Assembly: GCA_027923505.1 (NCBI GenBank)
Contig: BROI01000034.1
Coordinates: 1-64,000 of the forward strand
Origin: Mayamaea pseudoterrestris
Lineage: Eukaryota
DNA: 64,000 nucleotides
Direction: 5' to 3'
The position numbers were made by a program, and so were the translations under genes. Below are positions 1 through 14,452 of the stretch, piece after piece; within the stretch, counting starts at the first letter, position 1; every line of letters begins with the position of its first letter. Below the pieces are notes generated by a model, which worked only from the letters and a program-made list of their open reading frames with translations, was not told where the DNA came from and searched no databases.

Positions 1-3000
1 AACTTCTGAGCGCCAGTTGAAGGGCCACTCATGCGGCGCCACTGGTGCACCATTGGAGCATCCAATGATCATCTGCTGGCAAACTTGTCCCATATGTTCA
101 TTTGGCGTGGTGAAACCCGCCATGGATCCAAAAAGAGTGACGGCGAGAAGGAAAATGAGGCAGTTGAAGGGCCATCTGCCAGAAGGGCCACTGGTGCATA
201 CGCAGCATCCAATGAGCACCTGCATGGAAATTTGTCATGTATGTTAATTTAGTGTGGTGAAACTGCCATGGCATCCAAGTAGTTCAGTGACGGTGAGAAG
301 GAAAACCTTCTGAGCGCTGTAGTTGAAGGGCCATCTGTAGAAGGCGCCACTGGTGCACCATATTGAGCATCCTATATTGGGCAAACATGTCTGTATGTTC
401 ATTTGGTGTGGTGAAACCCCGCCATGGATCCAAGTAGTCAGTGTTGGCGAGAAGGAAAACCTTCTGAGCGCCAGTTGAAGGGCCATTGCCAGAAGGGCCA
501 CTGGTGCACCACAATGAACATCCAATGAGCACCCTGGGCCAAAAACTTGTCCCATATGTTAATTTAGTGTGGTGAAACCCCGCCATGGCATCCAAGTAGC
601 TCAGTGTCGGCGAGAAGGAAAAACCTTCTGAGCACCAGTTGAAGGGCCATCTGCCTAGAAGGCGCCACTGGTGCACCATTGGAGCATCCAATGATCACCT
701 GCATGGCCAAACCCTTGTCCCATATGTTCATTTAGTGTGTTGAAACCCCGCCATGGCATCCAAGTAGCTCATTGACGGTGAGAAGGAAAACCCTTCTGAG
801 CGCCAGTTGAAGGGCCATCTGCCTAGAAGGCGCCACTGGTGCACCATTGGAGCATCCTATGAGCACCTGCATGGGCAAACCCTTGTCCTGTATGTTCATT
901 TGGGGTGGTGAAACCCCGCCATGGCATCCAAGTAGCTCACTGACGGCGAGAAGGAAAATCCTTCTGCGCACCAGTTGAAGGGCCATCTGCCTAGAAGGCG
1001 CCACTGGTGCACCATTTTAGCATCCAATGAGCACCTGCATGTGCAAACCCTTGTCCCATATGTTCATTTGGCGTGGTGAAACCCCGCCATGGCATCCAAG
1101 TAGCTCAGTGACGGCGAGAAGGAAAAACCTTCTGAGCGCCAGTTGAAGGGCCATCTGCCTAGAAGGCGCCACTGGTGCACCATTGGAGCATCCAAAGAGC
1201 ACCTGCTTGGCCAAAACCTTGTCCCGTATGTTAATTTAGTGTGGTGAGACCCCGTTATGGCATCCAAGTAGCTCAGTGACGGCGAGAAGGAAAAACCTTC
1301 TGAGCGCCAGTTGAAGGGCCATCTGCCTAGAAGGCGCCAATGGTGCACCAATGGAGCATCCAATGAGCACCTGCATGTGCAAACCCTTGTCCCATATGTT
1401 AATTGAGTGTGGTGAAACCCCGTCATGGCATCCAAGTAGCTCAGTGAAGTGGCACCTCTGCAGCGCCAGTTGAAGGGCCATCTGCCTAGAAGGCGCCACT
1501 GGTGCACCATTGGAGCATCCAATGATCACCTGCATGGCCAAACCGTTGTCCCATATGTTTATTTGGTGTGGTGAAACCCCGCCATGGCATCCAAGTAGCT
1601 CAGTGACGGCGAGAAGGAAATTCCTTCTGAGCGCCAGTTGAAGGGCCATCTGCCTAGAAGGCACCACTGGTGCACCATTGGAGCATCCAATGAGCACCTG
1701 CATGGCCAAACCCTTGTCCCATATGTTCATTTGGCGTGGTGAAACTCCGTTATGGCATCCAAGTAGCTCAGTGATGGCGAGAAGGAAAAACCTTCTGAGC
1801 GCCAGTTGAAGGGCCATCTGCCTAGAAGGCGCCAATGGTGCACCAATGGAGCATCCAATGAGCACCTGCATGGCCAAACCCTTGTCCCATATGTTAATTT
1901 AGTGTGGTGAAACCCCGCCATGGCATCCAAGTAGCTCAGTGACGGCGAGAAGGAAAAACCTTCTGAGCGCCAGTTGAAGGGCCATCTGCCTAGAAGGCGC
2001 CAATGGTGCACCAATGGAGCATCCAATGAGCACCTGCATGGCCAAACCCTTGTCCCATATGTTAATTTAGTGTGGTGAGACCCCGTTATGGCATCCAAGT
2101 AGCTCAGTGACGGCGAGAAGGAAAAACCTTCTGAGCGCCAGTTGAAGGGCCATCTGCCTAGAAGGCGCCACTGGTGCACCATTGGAGCATCCAATGATCA
2201 CCTGCATGGCCAAACCCTTGTCCCATATGTTCATTTAGTGTGGTGAAACCCCGCCATGGCATCCAAGTAGCTCAGTGACGGCGAGAAGGAAAAACCTTCT
2301 GAGCGCCAGTTGAAGGGCCATCTGCCTAGAAGGCGCCACTGGTGCACCATTGGAGCATCCAATGATCAGCTGCATGGCCAAACCCTTGTCCCATATGTTC
2401 ATTTAGTGTGGTGAAACCCCGCCATGGCATCCAAGTAGCTCATTGACGGCGAGAAGGAAAAACCTTCTGAGCGCCAGTTGAAGGGCCATCTGCCTAGAAG
2501 GTGCCAATGGTGCACCAATGGAGCATCCTATGAGCACCTGCATGGGCAAACCCTTGTCCTGTATGTTCATTTGGTGTGGTGAAACCCCGCCATGGCATCC
2601 AAGTAGCTCACTGACGGCGAGAAGGAAAATCCTTCTGAGCGCCAGTTGAAGGGCCATCTGCCTAGAAGGCGCCACTAGTGCACCATCGGAGCATCCCATG
2701 AGCACCTGCATGGCCAAACCCTTGATCAATATGTTCATTTGGCGTGGTGAAACCCCGCCATGGCATCCAAGTAGCTCAGTGACGGCGAGAAGGAAATTCC
2801 TTCTGAGCGCCAGTTGAAGGGCCATCTGCCTAGAAGGCGCCACTGGTGCACCATTGGAGCATCCAATGAGCACCTGCATGGCCAAACCCTTGTCCCATAT
2901 GTTAATTTAGTGTGGTGAGACCCCGTTATGGCATCCAAGTAGCTCAGTGACGGCGAGAAGGAAAAACCTTCTGAGCGCCAGTTGAAGAGCCATCTGCCTA

Positions 3001-6000
3001 GAAGGTGCCAATGGTGCACCAATGGAGCATCCTATGAGCACCTGCATGGGCAAACCCTTGTCCTGTATGTTCATTTGGCGTGGTGAAACCCCGCCATGGC
3101 ATCCAAGTAGCTCAGTGACGGCGAGAAGGAAAATCCTTCTGAGCGCCAGTTGAAGGGCCATCTGCCTAGAAGGCGCCACTGGTGCACCATTGGAGCATCC
3201 AATGAGCACCTGCATGGCCAAACCCTTGTCCCATATGTTCATTTGGCGTGGTGAAACCCCGCCATGGCATCCAAGTAGCTCAGTGACGGCGAGAAGGAAA
3301 AACCTTCTGAGCGCCAGTTGAAGGGCCATCTGCCTAGAAGGCGCCACTGGTGCACCAACGGAGCATCCAATGAGCACCTGCATGGCCAAACCCTTGTCCC
3401 ATATGTTCATTTGGTGTGGTGAAACCCCGCCATGGCATCCAAGTAGCTCAGTGACGGCGAGAAGGAAAAACCTTCTGAGCGCCAGTTGAAGGGCCATCTG
3501 CCTAGAAGGCGCCAATGGTGCACCAATGGAGCATCCAATGAGCACCTGCATGGCCAAACCCTTGTCCAATATGTTAAATTAGTGTGGTGAAACCCCGCCA
3601 TGGCATCCAATTAGCTCAGTGACGGCGAGAAGGAAAAACCTTCTGAGCGCCAGTTGAAGGGCCATCTGCCTAGAAGGCGCCAATGGTGCACCAATGGAGC
3701 ATCCAATGAGCACCTGCATGGCCAAACCCTTGTCCCATATGTTAATTTAGTGTGGTGAAACCCCGCCATGGCATCCAAGTAGCTCAGTGACGGCGAGAAG
3801 GAAAAACCTTCTGAGCGCCAGTTGAAGGGCCATCTGCCTAGAAGGCGCCACTGGTGCACCAATGGAGCATCCAATGAGCACCTGCATGGCCAAACCCTTG
3901 TCCCATATGTTCATTTGGCGTGGTGAAACCCCGCCATGGCATCCAAGTAGCTCATTGACGGTGAGAAGGAAAAACCTTCTGAGCGCCAGTTGAAGGGCCA
4001 TCTGCCTAGAAGGCGCCACTGGTGCACCATTGGAGCATCCAATGAGCACCTGCATGGCCAAACCCTTGTCCCATATGTTCATTTAGTGTGGTGAAACCCC
4101 GCCATGGCATCCAAGTAGCTCATTGACGGTGAGAAGGAAAAACCTTCTGAGCGCCAGTTGAAGGGCCATCTGCCTAGAAGGCGCCACTGGTGCACCATTG
4201 GAGCATCCAATGAGCACCTGCATGGCCAAACCCTTGTACCATATGTTCATTTGGTGTGGTGAAACCCCGCCATGGCATCCAAGTAGCTCAGTGACGGCGA
4301 GAAGGAAAAACCTTCTGAGCGCCAGTTGAAGGGCCATCTGCCTAGAAGGCGCCACTGGTGCACCATTGGAGCATCCAATGAGCACCTGCATGGCCAAACC
4401 CTTGTCCCATATGTTCATTTGGTGTGGTGAAACCCCGCCATGGCATCCAAGTAGCTCACTGACGGCGAGAAGGAAAATCCTTCTGAGCGCCAGTTGAAGG
4501 GCCATCTGCCTAGAAGGCGCCACTGGTGCACCAATGGAGCATCCAATGAGCACCTGCATGGCCAAACCCTTGTCCTGTATGTTCATTTGGCGTGGTGAAA
4601 CCCCGCCATGGCATCCAAGTAGCTCAGTGACGGTGAGAAGGAAAACCTTCTGAGCGCCAGTTGAAGGGCCATCTGCCTAGAAGGCGCCACTGGTGCACCA
4701 ATGGAGCATCCAATGAGCACCTGCATGGCCAAACCCTTGTCCCATATGTTCATTTGGCGTGGTGAAACCCCGCCATGGCATCCAAGTAGCTCAGTGACGG
4801 CGAGAAGGAAAAACCTTCTGAGCGCCAGTTGAAGGGCCATCTGCCTAGAAGGCGCCACTGGTGCACCATTGGAGCATCCAATGAGCACCTGCATGGCCAA
4901 ACCCTTGTCCCGTATGTTCATTTGGCGTGGTGAAACCCCGCCATGGCATCCAAGTAGCTCAGTGATGGCGAGAAGGAAAAACCTTCTGAGCGCCAGTTGA
5001 AGGGTCATCTGCCTAGAAGGCGCCACTGGTGCACCAATGGAGCATCCAATGAGCACCTGCATGGCCAAACCCTTGTCCCGTATGTTCATTTGGCGTGGTG
5101 AAACCCCGCCATGGCATCCAAGTAGCTCAGTGACGGCGAGAAGGAAAAACCTTCTGAGCGCCAGTTGAAGGGCCATCTGCCTAGAAGGCGCCACTGGTGC
5201 ACCAATGGAGCATCCAATGAGCACCTGCATGGCCAAACCCTTGTCCCATATGTTCATTTGGTGTGGTGAAACCCCGCCATGGCATCCAAGTAGCTCAGTG
5301 ACGGCGAGAAGGAAAATCCTTCTGAGCGCCAGTTGAAGGGCCATCTGCCTAGAAGGCGCCACTGGTGCACCAATGGAGCATCCAATGAGCACCTGCATGG
5401 CCAAACCCTTGTCCCATATGTTCATTTAGTGTGGTGAAACCCCGCCATGGCATCCAAGTAGCTCAGTGACAGTGAGAAGGAAAACCTTCTGAGCGCCAGT
5501 TGAAGGGCCATCTGCCTAGAAGGCGCCAATGGTGCACCAATGGAGCATCCAATGAGCACCTGCATGGCCAAACCCTTGTCCCATATGTTCATTTGGTGTG
5601 GTGAAACCCCGCCATGGCATCCAAGTAGCTCAGTGACGGCGAGAAGGAAAAACCTTCTGAGCGCCAGTTGAAGGGCCATCTGCCTAGAAGGCGCCACTGG
5701 TGCACCAATGGAGCATCCAATGAGCACCTGCATGGCCAAACCCTTGTCCTGTATGTTCATTTGGTGTGGTGAAACCCCGCCATGGCATCCAAGTAGCTCA
5801 GTGACGGCGAGAAGGAAAAACCTTCTGAGCGCCAGTTGAAGGGCCATCTGCCTAGAAGGCGCCACTGGTGCACCATTGGAGCATCCTATGAGCACCTGCA
5901 TGGGCAAACCCTTGTCCTGTATGTTCATTTGGCGTGGTGAAACCCCGCCATGGCATCCAAGTAGCTCAGTGACAGCGAGAAGGAAAAACCTTCTGAGCGC

Positions 6001-9000
6001 CAGTTGAAGGGCCATCTGCTTAGAAGGCGTCACTGGTGCACCATTGCAGCATCCAATGAGCACCTGCATGGCCAAACCCTTGTCCCATATGTTCATTTGG
6101 CGTGGTGAAACCCCGCCATGGCATCCAAGTAGCTCAGTGACGGCGAGAAGGAAATTCCTTCTGAGCGCCAGTTGAAGGGCCATCTGCCTAGAAGGCGCCA
6201 CTGGTGCACCATTGGAGCATCCAATGAGCACCTGCATGGCCAAACCCTTGTCCCATATGTTCATTTGGAGTGGTGAGACCCCGTTATGGCATCCAAGTAG
6301 CTCAGTGACGGCGAGAAGGAAAAACCTTCTGAGCGCCAGTTGAAGGGCCATCTGCCTAGAAGGCGCCAATGGTGCACCAATGGAGCATCCAATGAGCACC
6401 TGCATGGCCAAACCCTTGTCCCATATGTTAATTTAGTGTGGTGAAACCCCGCCATGGCATCCAAGTAGCTCAGTGACGGCGAGAAGGAAAAACCTTCTGA
6501 GCGCCAGTTGAAGGGCCATCTGCCTAGAAGGCGCCAATGGTGCACCAATGGAGCATCCAATGAGCACCTGCATGGCCAAACCCTTGTCCCATATGTTAAT
6601 TTAGTGTGGTGAAACCCCGCCATGGCATCCAAAAAGCTCAGTGTCAGTGAGAAGGAAAAACCTTCTGAGCGCCAGTTGAAGGGCCATCTGCCTAGAAGGC
6701 ACCACTGGTGCACCATTGGAGCATCCAATGAGCACCTGCATGGCCAAACCCTTGTCCCATATGTTCATTTGGTGTGGTGAAACCCCGCCATGGCATCCAA
6801 GTAGCTCAGTGACGGCGAGAAGGAAAAACCTTCTGAGCGCCAGTTGAAGGGCCATCTGCCTAGAAGGCGCCACTGGTGCACCAATGGAGCATCCAATGAG
6901 CACCTGCATGGCCAAACCCTTGTCCCATATGTTCATTTGGTGTGGTGAAACCCCGCCATGGCATCCAAGTAGCTCACTGACGGCGAGAAGGAAAATCCTT
7001 CTGAGCACCAGTTGAAGGGCCATCTGCATAGAAGGCACCACTGGTGCACCATTGGAGCATCCGATGAGCACCTGCATGGCTAAACCCTTGTGCCATTTGT
7101 TCATTTGGCGTGGTGAAACTCCGTTATGGCATCCAAGTAGCTCAGTGACGGCGAGAAGGAAAAACCTTCTGAGCGCCAGTTGAAGGGCCATCTGCCTAGA
7201 AGGCGCCAATGGTGCACCAATGGAGCATCCAATGAGCACCTGCATGGCCAAACCCTTGTCCCATATAGCGCCAACGTATGTTCATTTGGCGTGGTGAAAC
7301 CCCGCCATGGCATCCAAGTAGCTCAGTGACAGCGAGAAGGAAAAACCTTCTGAGCGCCAGTTGAAGGGCCATCTGCCTAGAAGGCGCCACTGGTGCACCA
7401 TTGGAGCATCCAATGAGCACCTGCATGGCCAAACCCTTGTCCCATATGTTCATTTGGCGTGGTGAAACCCCGCCATGGCATCCAAGTAGCTCAGTGGCGG
7501 CGAGAAGGAAAACCTTTTGGGTTCCTTGAAGGGACATCTGCCTAGAGAGTGCCACTGATGCACCAGTATATCATCCTATGAGCACCTGCATTGCCAATCC
7601 CTTGTCCCATATGTTCATTTGGCGTGGTGAAACCCCGCCATGGCATCCAAGTAGCTCAGTGACAGCGAGAAGAAAACCTTCTGAGCACCAGTTGAAGGGG
7701 CATCTGCCTAGAAGGCGCCACTGGTGCACCAATGGAGCATTTAATGAGCACCTGCATAGCCAAACCTTTGTTCCATATATTCATTTTGCGTGGCAAAAAC
7801 CGTTCTTGGCATCCAAGTAGCTCAGTGACGGCAAGAAGGAAAGCCTTTGGAGCGCGGCTTGAAGGGTCATCTGCCTAGAAGGTGCCCCTGATGCACCAGT
7901 GGAACATCCAAGAGCACCTGCATGGCCAAACCCTATTCCCATATGTTCAATTAGTGTGGCAAACTCCTCCATGGCATCCAAGTAGCTCACTGACGGCGAG
8001 AAGGAAAATCTTCTGAGCACCAGTTGAAGGGCCATCTGCCTAGAAGGCGCCACTGGTGCACCATTGGAGCATCCAATGAGCACCTGCATGGCCAAACCCT
8101 TGTCCCGTATGTTCATTTGGCGTGGTGAAACCCCGCCATGGCATCCAAGTAGCTCAGTGATGGCGAGAAGGAAAAACCTTCTGAGCGCCAGTTGAAGGGC
8201 CATCTGCCTAGAAGGCGCCACTGGTGCACCATTGGAGCATCCAATGAGCGTCTGCATGGCCAAACCCTTGTTCAATATGTTCATTTGGCGTGGTGAAACC
8301 CCGCCATGGCATCCAAGTAGCTCAGTGACGGCGAGAAGGAAATTCCTTCTGAGCGCCAGTTGAAGGGCCATCTGCCTAGAAGGCGCCACTGGTGCACCAA
8401 TGGAGCATCCAATGAGCACCTGCATGGCCAAACCCTTGTCCCGTATGTTCATTTGGCGTGGTGAAACCCCGCCATGGCATCCAAGTAGCTCACTGACGGC
8501 GAGAAGGAAAATCCTTCTGAGCGCCAGTTGAAGGGGCATCTGCCTAGAAGGCACCACTGGTGCACCAATGGAGCATCCAATGAGCACCTGCATGGCCAAA
8601 CCCTTGTGCCGTATGTTCATTTGGCGTGGTGAAATCCCGCCATGGCATCCAAGTAGCTCAGTGACGGCGAGAAGGAAAATCCTTCTGAGCGCCAGTTGAA
8701 GGGCCATCTGCCTAGAAGGCGCCACTGGTGCACCATTGGAGCATCCAATGAGCACCTGCATGGCCAAACCCTTGTCCTGTATGTTCATTTGGTGTGGTGA
8801 AATTCTGCCATGGCATCCAAGTAGCTAAGTGACAGCATGAAGGGAAATCCTTCTGAGCGCCAGTTGAAGGGTCATCTGCCTAGTAGGTGCCACTGGTGCA
8901 CCAATGGAGCATCCAATGAGCAACTGCATGGCCAAACCCTTGTCCCGTATGTTCATTTGGCGTGGTGAAACCCCTCCATGGCATCCAAGTAGCTCAGTGA

Positions 9001-12000
9001 CGGTGAGAAGGAAAATCCTTCTGAGCGCCAGTTGAAGGGCCATCTGCCTAGAAGGCACCACTGGTGCACCAATGGAGCATCCAATGAGCACCTGCATGGC
9101 CAAACCCTGGTCCCGTATGTTCATTTGGAGTGGTGAAACCCCACCATGGCATCCAAGTAGCTCAGTGTTGGCGAGAAGGAAAAACCTTCTGAGCGCCAGT
9201 TGAAGGACCATCTGCCTAGAAGGCGCCACTGGTGCACCATTGGAGCATCCAATGAGCACCTGCATGGCCAAACCCTTGTCCCATATGTTCATTTGGTGTG
9301 GTGAAACCCCGCCATGGCATCCAAGTAGCTCACTGACGGCAAGAAGGAAAATCCTTTTGAGCGCCAGTTGAAGGGCCATCTGCCTAGAAGGCGCCACTGG
9401 TGCACCAATGGAGCATCCAATGAGCACTTGCATGGCCAAACCCTTGTTCAATATGTTCATTTGTCGTGGTGAAACCCCGCCATGGCATCCAAGTAGCTCA
9501 CTGACGGCGAGAAGGAAAATCCTTTTGAGCGCCAGTTGAAGGGCCATCTGCCTAGAAGGCGCCACTGGTGCACCAATGGAGCATCCAATGAGCACCTGCA
9601 TGGCCAAACCCTTGTCCCGTATGTTCATTTGGCGTGGTGAAACCCCGCCATGGCATCCAAGTAGCTCAGTGACAGCGAGAAGGAAAAACCTTTTGAGCGC
9701 CAGTTGAAGGGCATCTGCCTAGAAGGCGCCACTGGTGCACCAATGGAGCATCAATGAGCACCTGCATGGCCAAACCCTTGTGCCGTATGTTCATTTGGCG
9801 TGGTGAAATCCCGCCATGGCATCAAGTAGCTCAGTGACTGAAAAACTTCTGAGCGCCACTTGAAGGGGCATCTGCCTAGAAGGCGCCACTGGTGCACCAA
9901 TGGAGCATCCTATGAGCTCCTGCATGGCCAAACTCTTGTCCCATATGTTCATTTGGCGTGATGAAACCCCTCCATACTCCTCCATTGCATCCAAATAGCT
10001 CAGTGACGGCGAGAAGGAAAAATTCTTCTGAGCACCACTTGTAGGGGCATCTGCATAGAAGACGCCACTGGTGCACCAATGGAGCATCCTATGTGCACTT
10101 GCATGGCCAAACCCTTGTCCCGTATGTTCATTTGGCGTGGTGAAACCCCGCCATGGCATCCAAGTAGCTCAGTGATGGCGAGAAGGAAAAACCTTCTGAG
10201 CGCCAGTTGAAGGGGCATCTGCCTAGAAGGCGCCACTGGTGCACCAATGGAGCATCCAATGAGCACCTGCATGTCCAAACCCTTGTCCCGTATGTTCATT
10301 TGGCGTGGTGAAACCCCTCCATGGCATCCAAGTAGCTCAGTGACGGCGAGAAGGAAAATCCTTCTGAGCGCCAGTTGAAGGGTCATCTGCCTAGAAGGCG
10401 CCACTGGTGCACCAATGGAGCATCCAATGAGCACCTGCATGGCCAAACCCTTGTCCCGTATGTTCATTTGGCGTGGTGAAACCCCTCCATGGCATCCAAG
10501 TAGCTCAGTGACGGCGAGAAGGAAAAACCTTCTGAGCGCCAGTTGAAGGGCCATCTGCCTAGAAGGCGCCACTGGTGCACCAATGGAGCATCCTATGAGC
10601 ACCTGCATGGCCAAACCCTTGTCCGGTATGTTCATTTGGCGTGGTGAATGCCCGCCATGGCATCCAAGTAGCTCAATTACACCGAGAAGGAAAATCCTTC
10701 TGAGCGCCGCTTCAAGGGTCATCTGCCTAGAAGGTGCCACTGGTGCAGCAACGGAGCATCCAATGAGCACCTGCATGGCCAAACCCTTGTCCCATATGTT
10801 CATTTGGTGTGGTGAAACCCCTCCATGGCATCCAAGTAGCTCAGTGACGGCGAGAAGGAAAATCCTTCTGAGCGCCAGTTGAAGGGGCATCTGCCTAGAA
10901 GGCGCCACTGGTGCACCAATGGAGCATCCAATGAGCACCTGCATGGCCAAACCCTTGTCCCATATGTTCATTTGGCGTGGTGAAACCCCGCCATGGCATC
11001 CAAGTAGCTCAGTGACGGCGAGAAGGAAAAACCTTCTGAGCGCCAGTTGAAGGGCCATCTGCCTAGAAGGCGCCACTGGTGCACCAATGGAGCATCCAAT
11101 GAGCACCTGCATGGCCAAACCCTTGTCCCATATGTTCATTTAGTGTGGTGAAACCCCGCCATGGCATCCAAGTAGCTCATTGATGGTGAGAAGGAAAAAC
11201 CTTCTGAGCGCCAGTTGAAGAACCATCTGCCTAGAAGGCGCCACTGGTACACCATTGGAGCATCCTATGAGCATCTGCATGGGCAAACCCTTGTCCCATA
11301 TGGTCATTTGGTGTGGTGAAACCCCGCCATGGCATCCAAGTAGCTCACTGACGGCAAGAAGGAAAATCCTTTTGAGCGCCAGTTGAAGGGCCATCTGCCT
11401 AGAAGGCGCCACTGGTGCACCAATGGAGCATCCAATGAGCACCTGCATGGCCAAACCCTTGTCCCGTATGTTCATTTGGCGTGGTGAAACCCCTCCATGG
11501 CATCCAAGTAGCTCAGTGACGGCGAGAAGGAAAAACCTTCTGAGCACCAGTTGAAGGGGCATCTGCCTAGAAGGCGCCACTGGTGCACCAATGGAGCATC
11601 CAATGAGCATCTGCATGGCCAAACCCTTGTCCCGTATGTTCATTTGGCGTGGTGAAACCCCTCCATGGCATCCAAGTAGCTCAGTGACGGCGAGAAGGAA
11701 AAACCTTCTGAGCGCCAGTTGAAGGGGCATCTGCCTAGAAGGCGCCACTGGTGCACCAATGGAGCATCCAATGAGCACCTGCATGGCCAAACCCTTGTCC
11801 CGTATGTTCATTTGGCGTGGTGAAACCCCTCCATGGCATCCAAGTAGCTCAGTGACGGCGAGAAGGAACAACCTTCTGATCGCCAGTTGAAGGGCCATCT
11901 GCCTAGAAGGCGCCACTGGTGCACCAATGGAGCATCCAATGAGCACCTGCATGGCCAAACCCTTGTCCCGTATGTTCATTTGGCGTGGTGAAACCCCGCC

Positions 12001-14440
12001 ATGGCATCCAAGTAGCTCAGTGACAGCGAGAAGGAAAAACCTTCTGAGCGCCAGTTGAAGGGCCATCTGCCTAGAAGGCGCCACTGGTGCACCAATGGAG
12101 CATCCAATGAGCACCTGCATGGCCAAACCCTTGTCCCATATGTTCATTTGGTGTGGTGAAACCCCTCCATGGCATCCAAGTAGCTCAGTGACGGCGAGAA
12201 GGAAAATCCTTCTGAGCGCCAGTTGAAGGGCCATCTGCCTAGAAGGCGCCACTGGTGCACCAATGGAGCATCCAATGAGCACCTGCATGGCCAAACCCTT
12301 GTCCCATATGTTCATTTGGCGTGGTGAAACCCCTCCATGGCATCCAAGTAGCTCAGTGACGGCGAGAAGGAAAATCCTTCTGAGCGCCAGTTGAAGGGTC
12401 ATCTGCCTAGAAGGCGCCACTGGTGCACCAATGGAGCATCCAATGAGCATCTGCATGGCCAAACCCTTGTCCCATATGTTCATTTGGCGTGGTGAAACCC
12501 CTCCATGGCATCCAAGTAGCTCAGTGACGGCGAGAAGGAAAAACCTTCTGAGCGCCAGTTGAAGGGGCATCTGCCTAGAAGGCGCCACTGATGCACCAGT
12601 GGAACATCCAAGAGCACCTGCATGGCCAAACCCTATTCCCATATGTTCAATTAGTGTGGCAAACTCCTCCATGGCATCCAAGTAGCTCAGTATACGCGAG
12701 AAGAAAAAACCTTCTGAGCGCCAGTTGAAGGGCCATCTGCCTAGAAGGCGCCACTGGTGCACCAATGGAGCATCCAATGAGCACCTGCATGGCCAAACCC
12801 TTGTCCCGTATGTTCATTTGGCGTGGTGAAACCCCTCCATGGCATCCAAGTAGCTCAGTGATGGCGAGAAGGAAAATCCTTCTGAGCGCCAGTTGAAGGG
12901 GCATCTGCCTAGAAGGCGCCACTGGTGCACCAATGGAGCATCCTATGAGCACCTGCATGGCCAAACCCTTGTCCCGTATGTTCATTTGGCGTGGTGAAAC
13001 CCCTCCATGGCATCCAAGTAGCTCAGTGACGGCGAGAAGGAAAAACCTTCTGAGCGCCAGTTGAAGGGGCATCTGCCTAGAAGGCGCCACTGGTGCACCA
13101 ATGGAGCATCCAATGAGCACCTGCATGTCCAAACCCTTGTCCCGTATGTTCATTTGGCGTGGTGAAACCCCTCCATGGCAACCAAGGAGCTCAGGGAAGG
13201 CGAGAAAGAAAAATACTTCTGAGCGCCAGTTGAAGGGGCATCTGCCTAGAAGGCGCCACTGGTGCACCAATGGAGCATCCAATGAGCATCTGCATGGCCA
13301 AACCCTTGTCCCGTATGTTCATTTGGCGTGGTGAAACCCCTCCATGGCATCCAAGTAGCTCAGTGACGGCGAGAAGGAAAAACCTTCTGAGCGCCAGTTG
13401 AAGGGGCATCTGCCTAGAAGGCGCCACTGGTGCACCAATGGAGCATCCAATGAGCACCTGCATGTCCAAACCCTTGTCCCGTATGTTCATTTGGCGTGGT
13501 GAAACCCCTCCATGGCATCCAAGTAGCTCAGTGACGGCGAGAAGGAAAATCCTTCTGAGCGCCAGTTGAAGGGGCATCTGCCTAGAAGGCGCCACTGGTG
13601 CACCAATGGAGCATCAAATGAGCACCTGCATGTCCAAACCCTTGTTGTTGTGTATAATCATTTGGCGTGGTGAAACCCCTCCATGGCATCCAAGTAGCTC
13701 AGTGACGGCGAGAAGGAAAATCCTTCTGAGCGCCACTTGTAGGGGCATCTGCCTAGAAGGCGCCACTGGTGCACCAATGGAGCATCCAATGAGCACCTGC
13801 ATGGCCAAACCCTTGTCCCGTATGTTCATTTGGCGTGGTGAAACCCCTCCATGGCATCCAAGTAGCTCAGTGACGGCGAGAAGGAAAATCCTTCTGAGCG
13901 CCAGTTGAAGGGGCATCTGCCTAGAAGGCGCCACTGGTGCACCAATGGAGCATCCAATGAGCACCTGCATGGCCAAACCCTTGTCCCGTATGTTCATTTG
14001 GCGTGGTGAAACCCCTCCATGGCATCCAAGTAGCTCAGTGACGGCGAGAAGGAAAATCCTTCTGAGCGCCAGTTGAAGGGGCATCTGCCTAGAAGGCGCC
14101 ACTGGTGCACCAATGGAGCATCCAATGAGCACCTGCATGTCCAAACCCTTGTCCCGTATGTTCATTTGGCGTGGTGAAACCCCTCCATGGCATCCAAGTA
14201 GCTCAGTGACGGCGAGAAGGAAAATCCTTCTGAGCGCCAGTTGAAGGGGCATCTGCCTAGAAGGCGCCACTGGTGCACCAATGAATCCATGGACTGCATC
14301 CAATGAGCACCTCCATGGCCAAACCCTTGCCCACCTGCATGGCCAAACACTTGTCCCGTATGTTCACTTGGCATGGTGAAACCCCTTCATGGCATCCAAG
14401 TAGCTCATTGATGGCAAGAAGGAAAATCCTTCTGAGCGCT
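1..14440. repeat. 168-bp tandem satellite, ~86 copies, running off the left edge
   Basis: Monomer ATGTTCATTTGGCGTGGTGAAACCCCGCCATGGCATCCAAGTAGCTCAGTGACGGCGAGAAGGAAAAACCTTCTGAGCGCCAGTTGAAGGG... recurs every 168 bp. Lines 2061 and 2901 are nearly identical and 840 bp (5x168) apart. Confidence 0.98.
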
Positions 14441-14452
14441 TCTTCCATCTAG

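Noticed and set aside
244..14448. Long minus-strand ORFs (up to 545 aa) with a 56-aa repeat
   Set aside because: A by-product of a 168-bp (3n) monomer lacking stops in one frame. Stops and frameshifts occur freely among copies, and the variation follows CpG decay.
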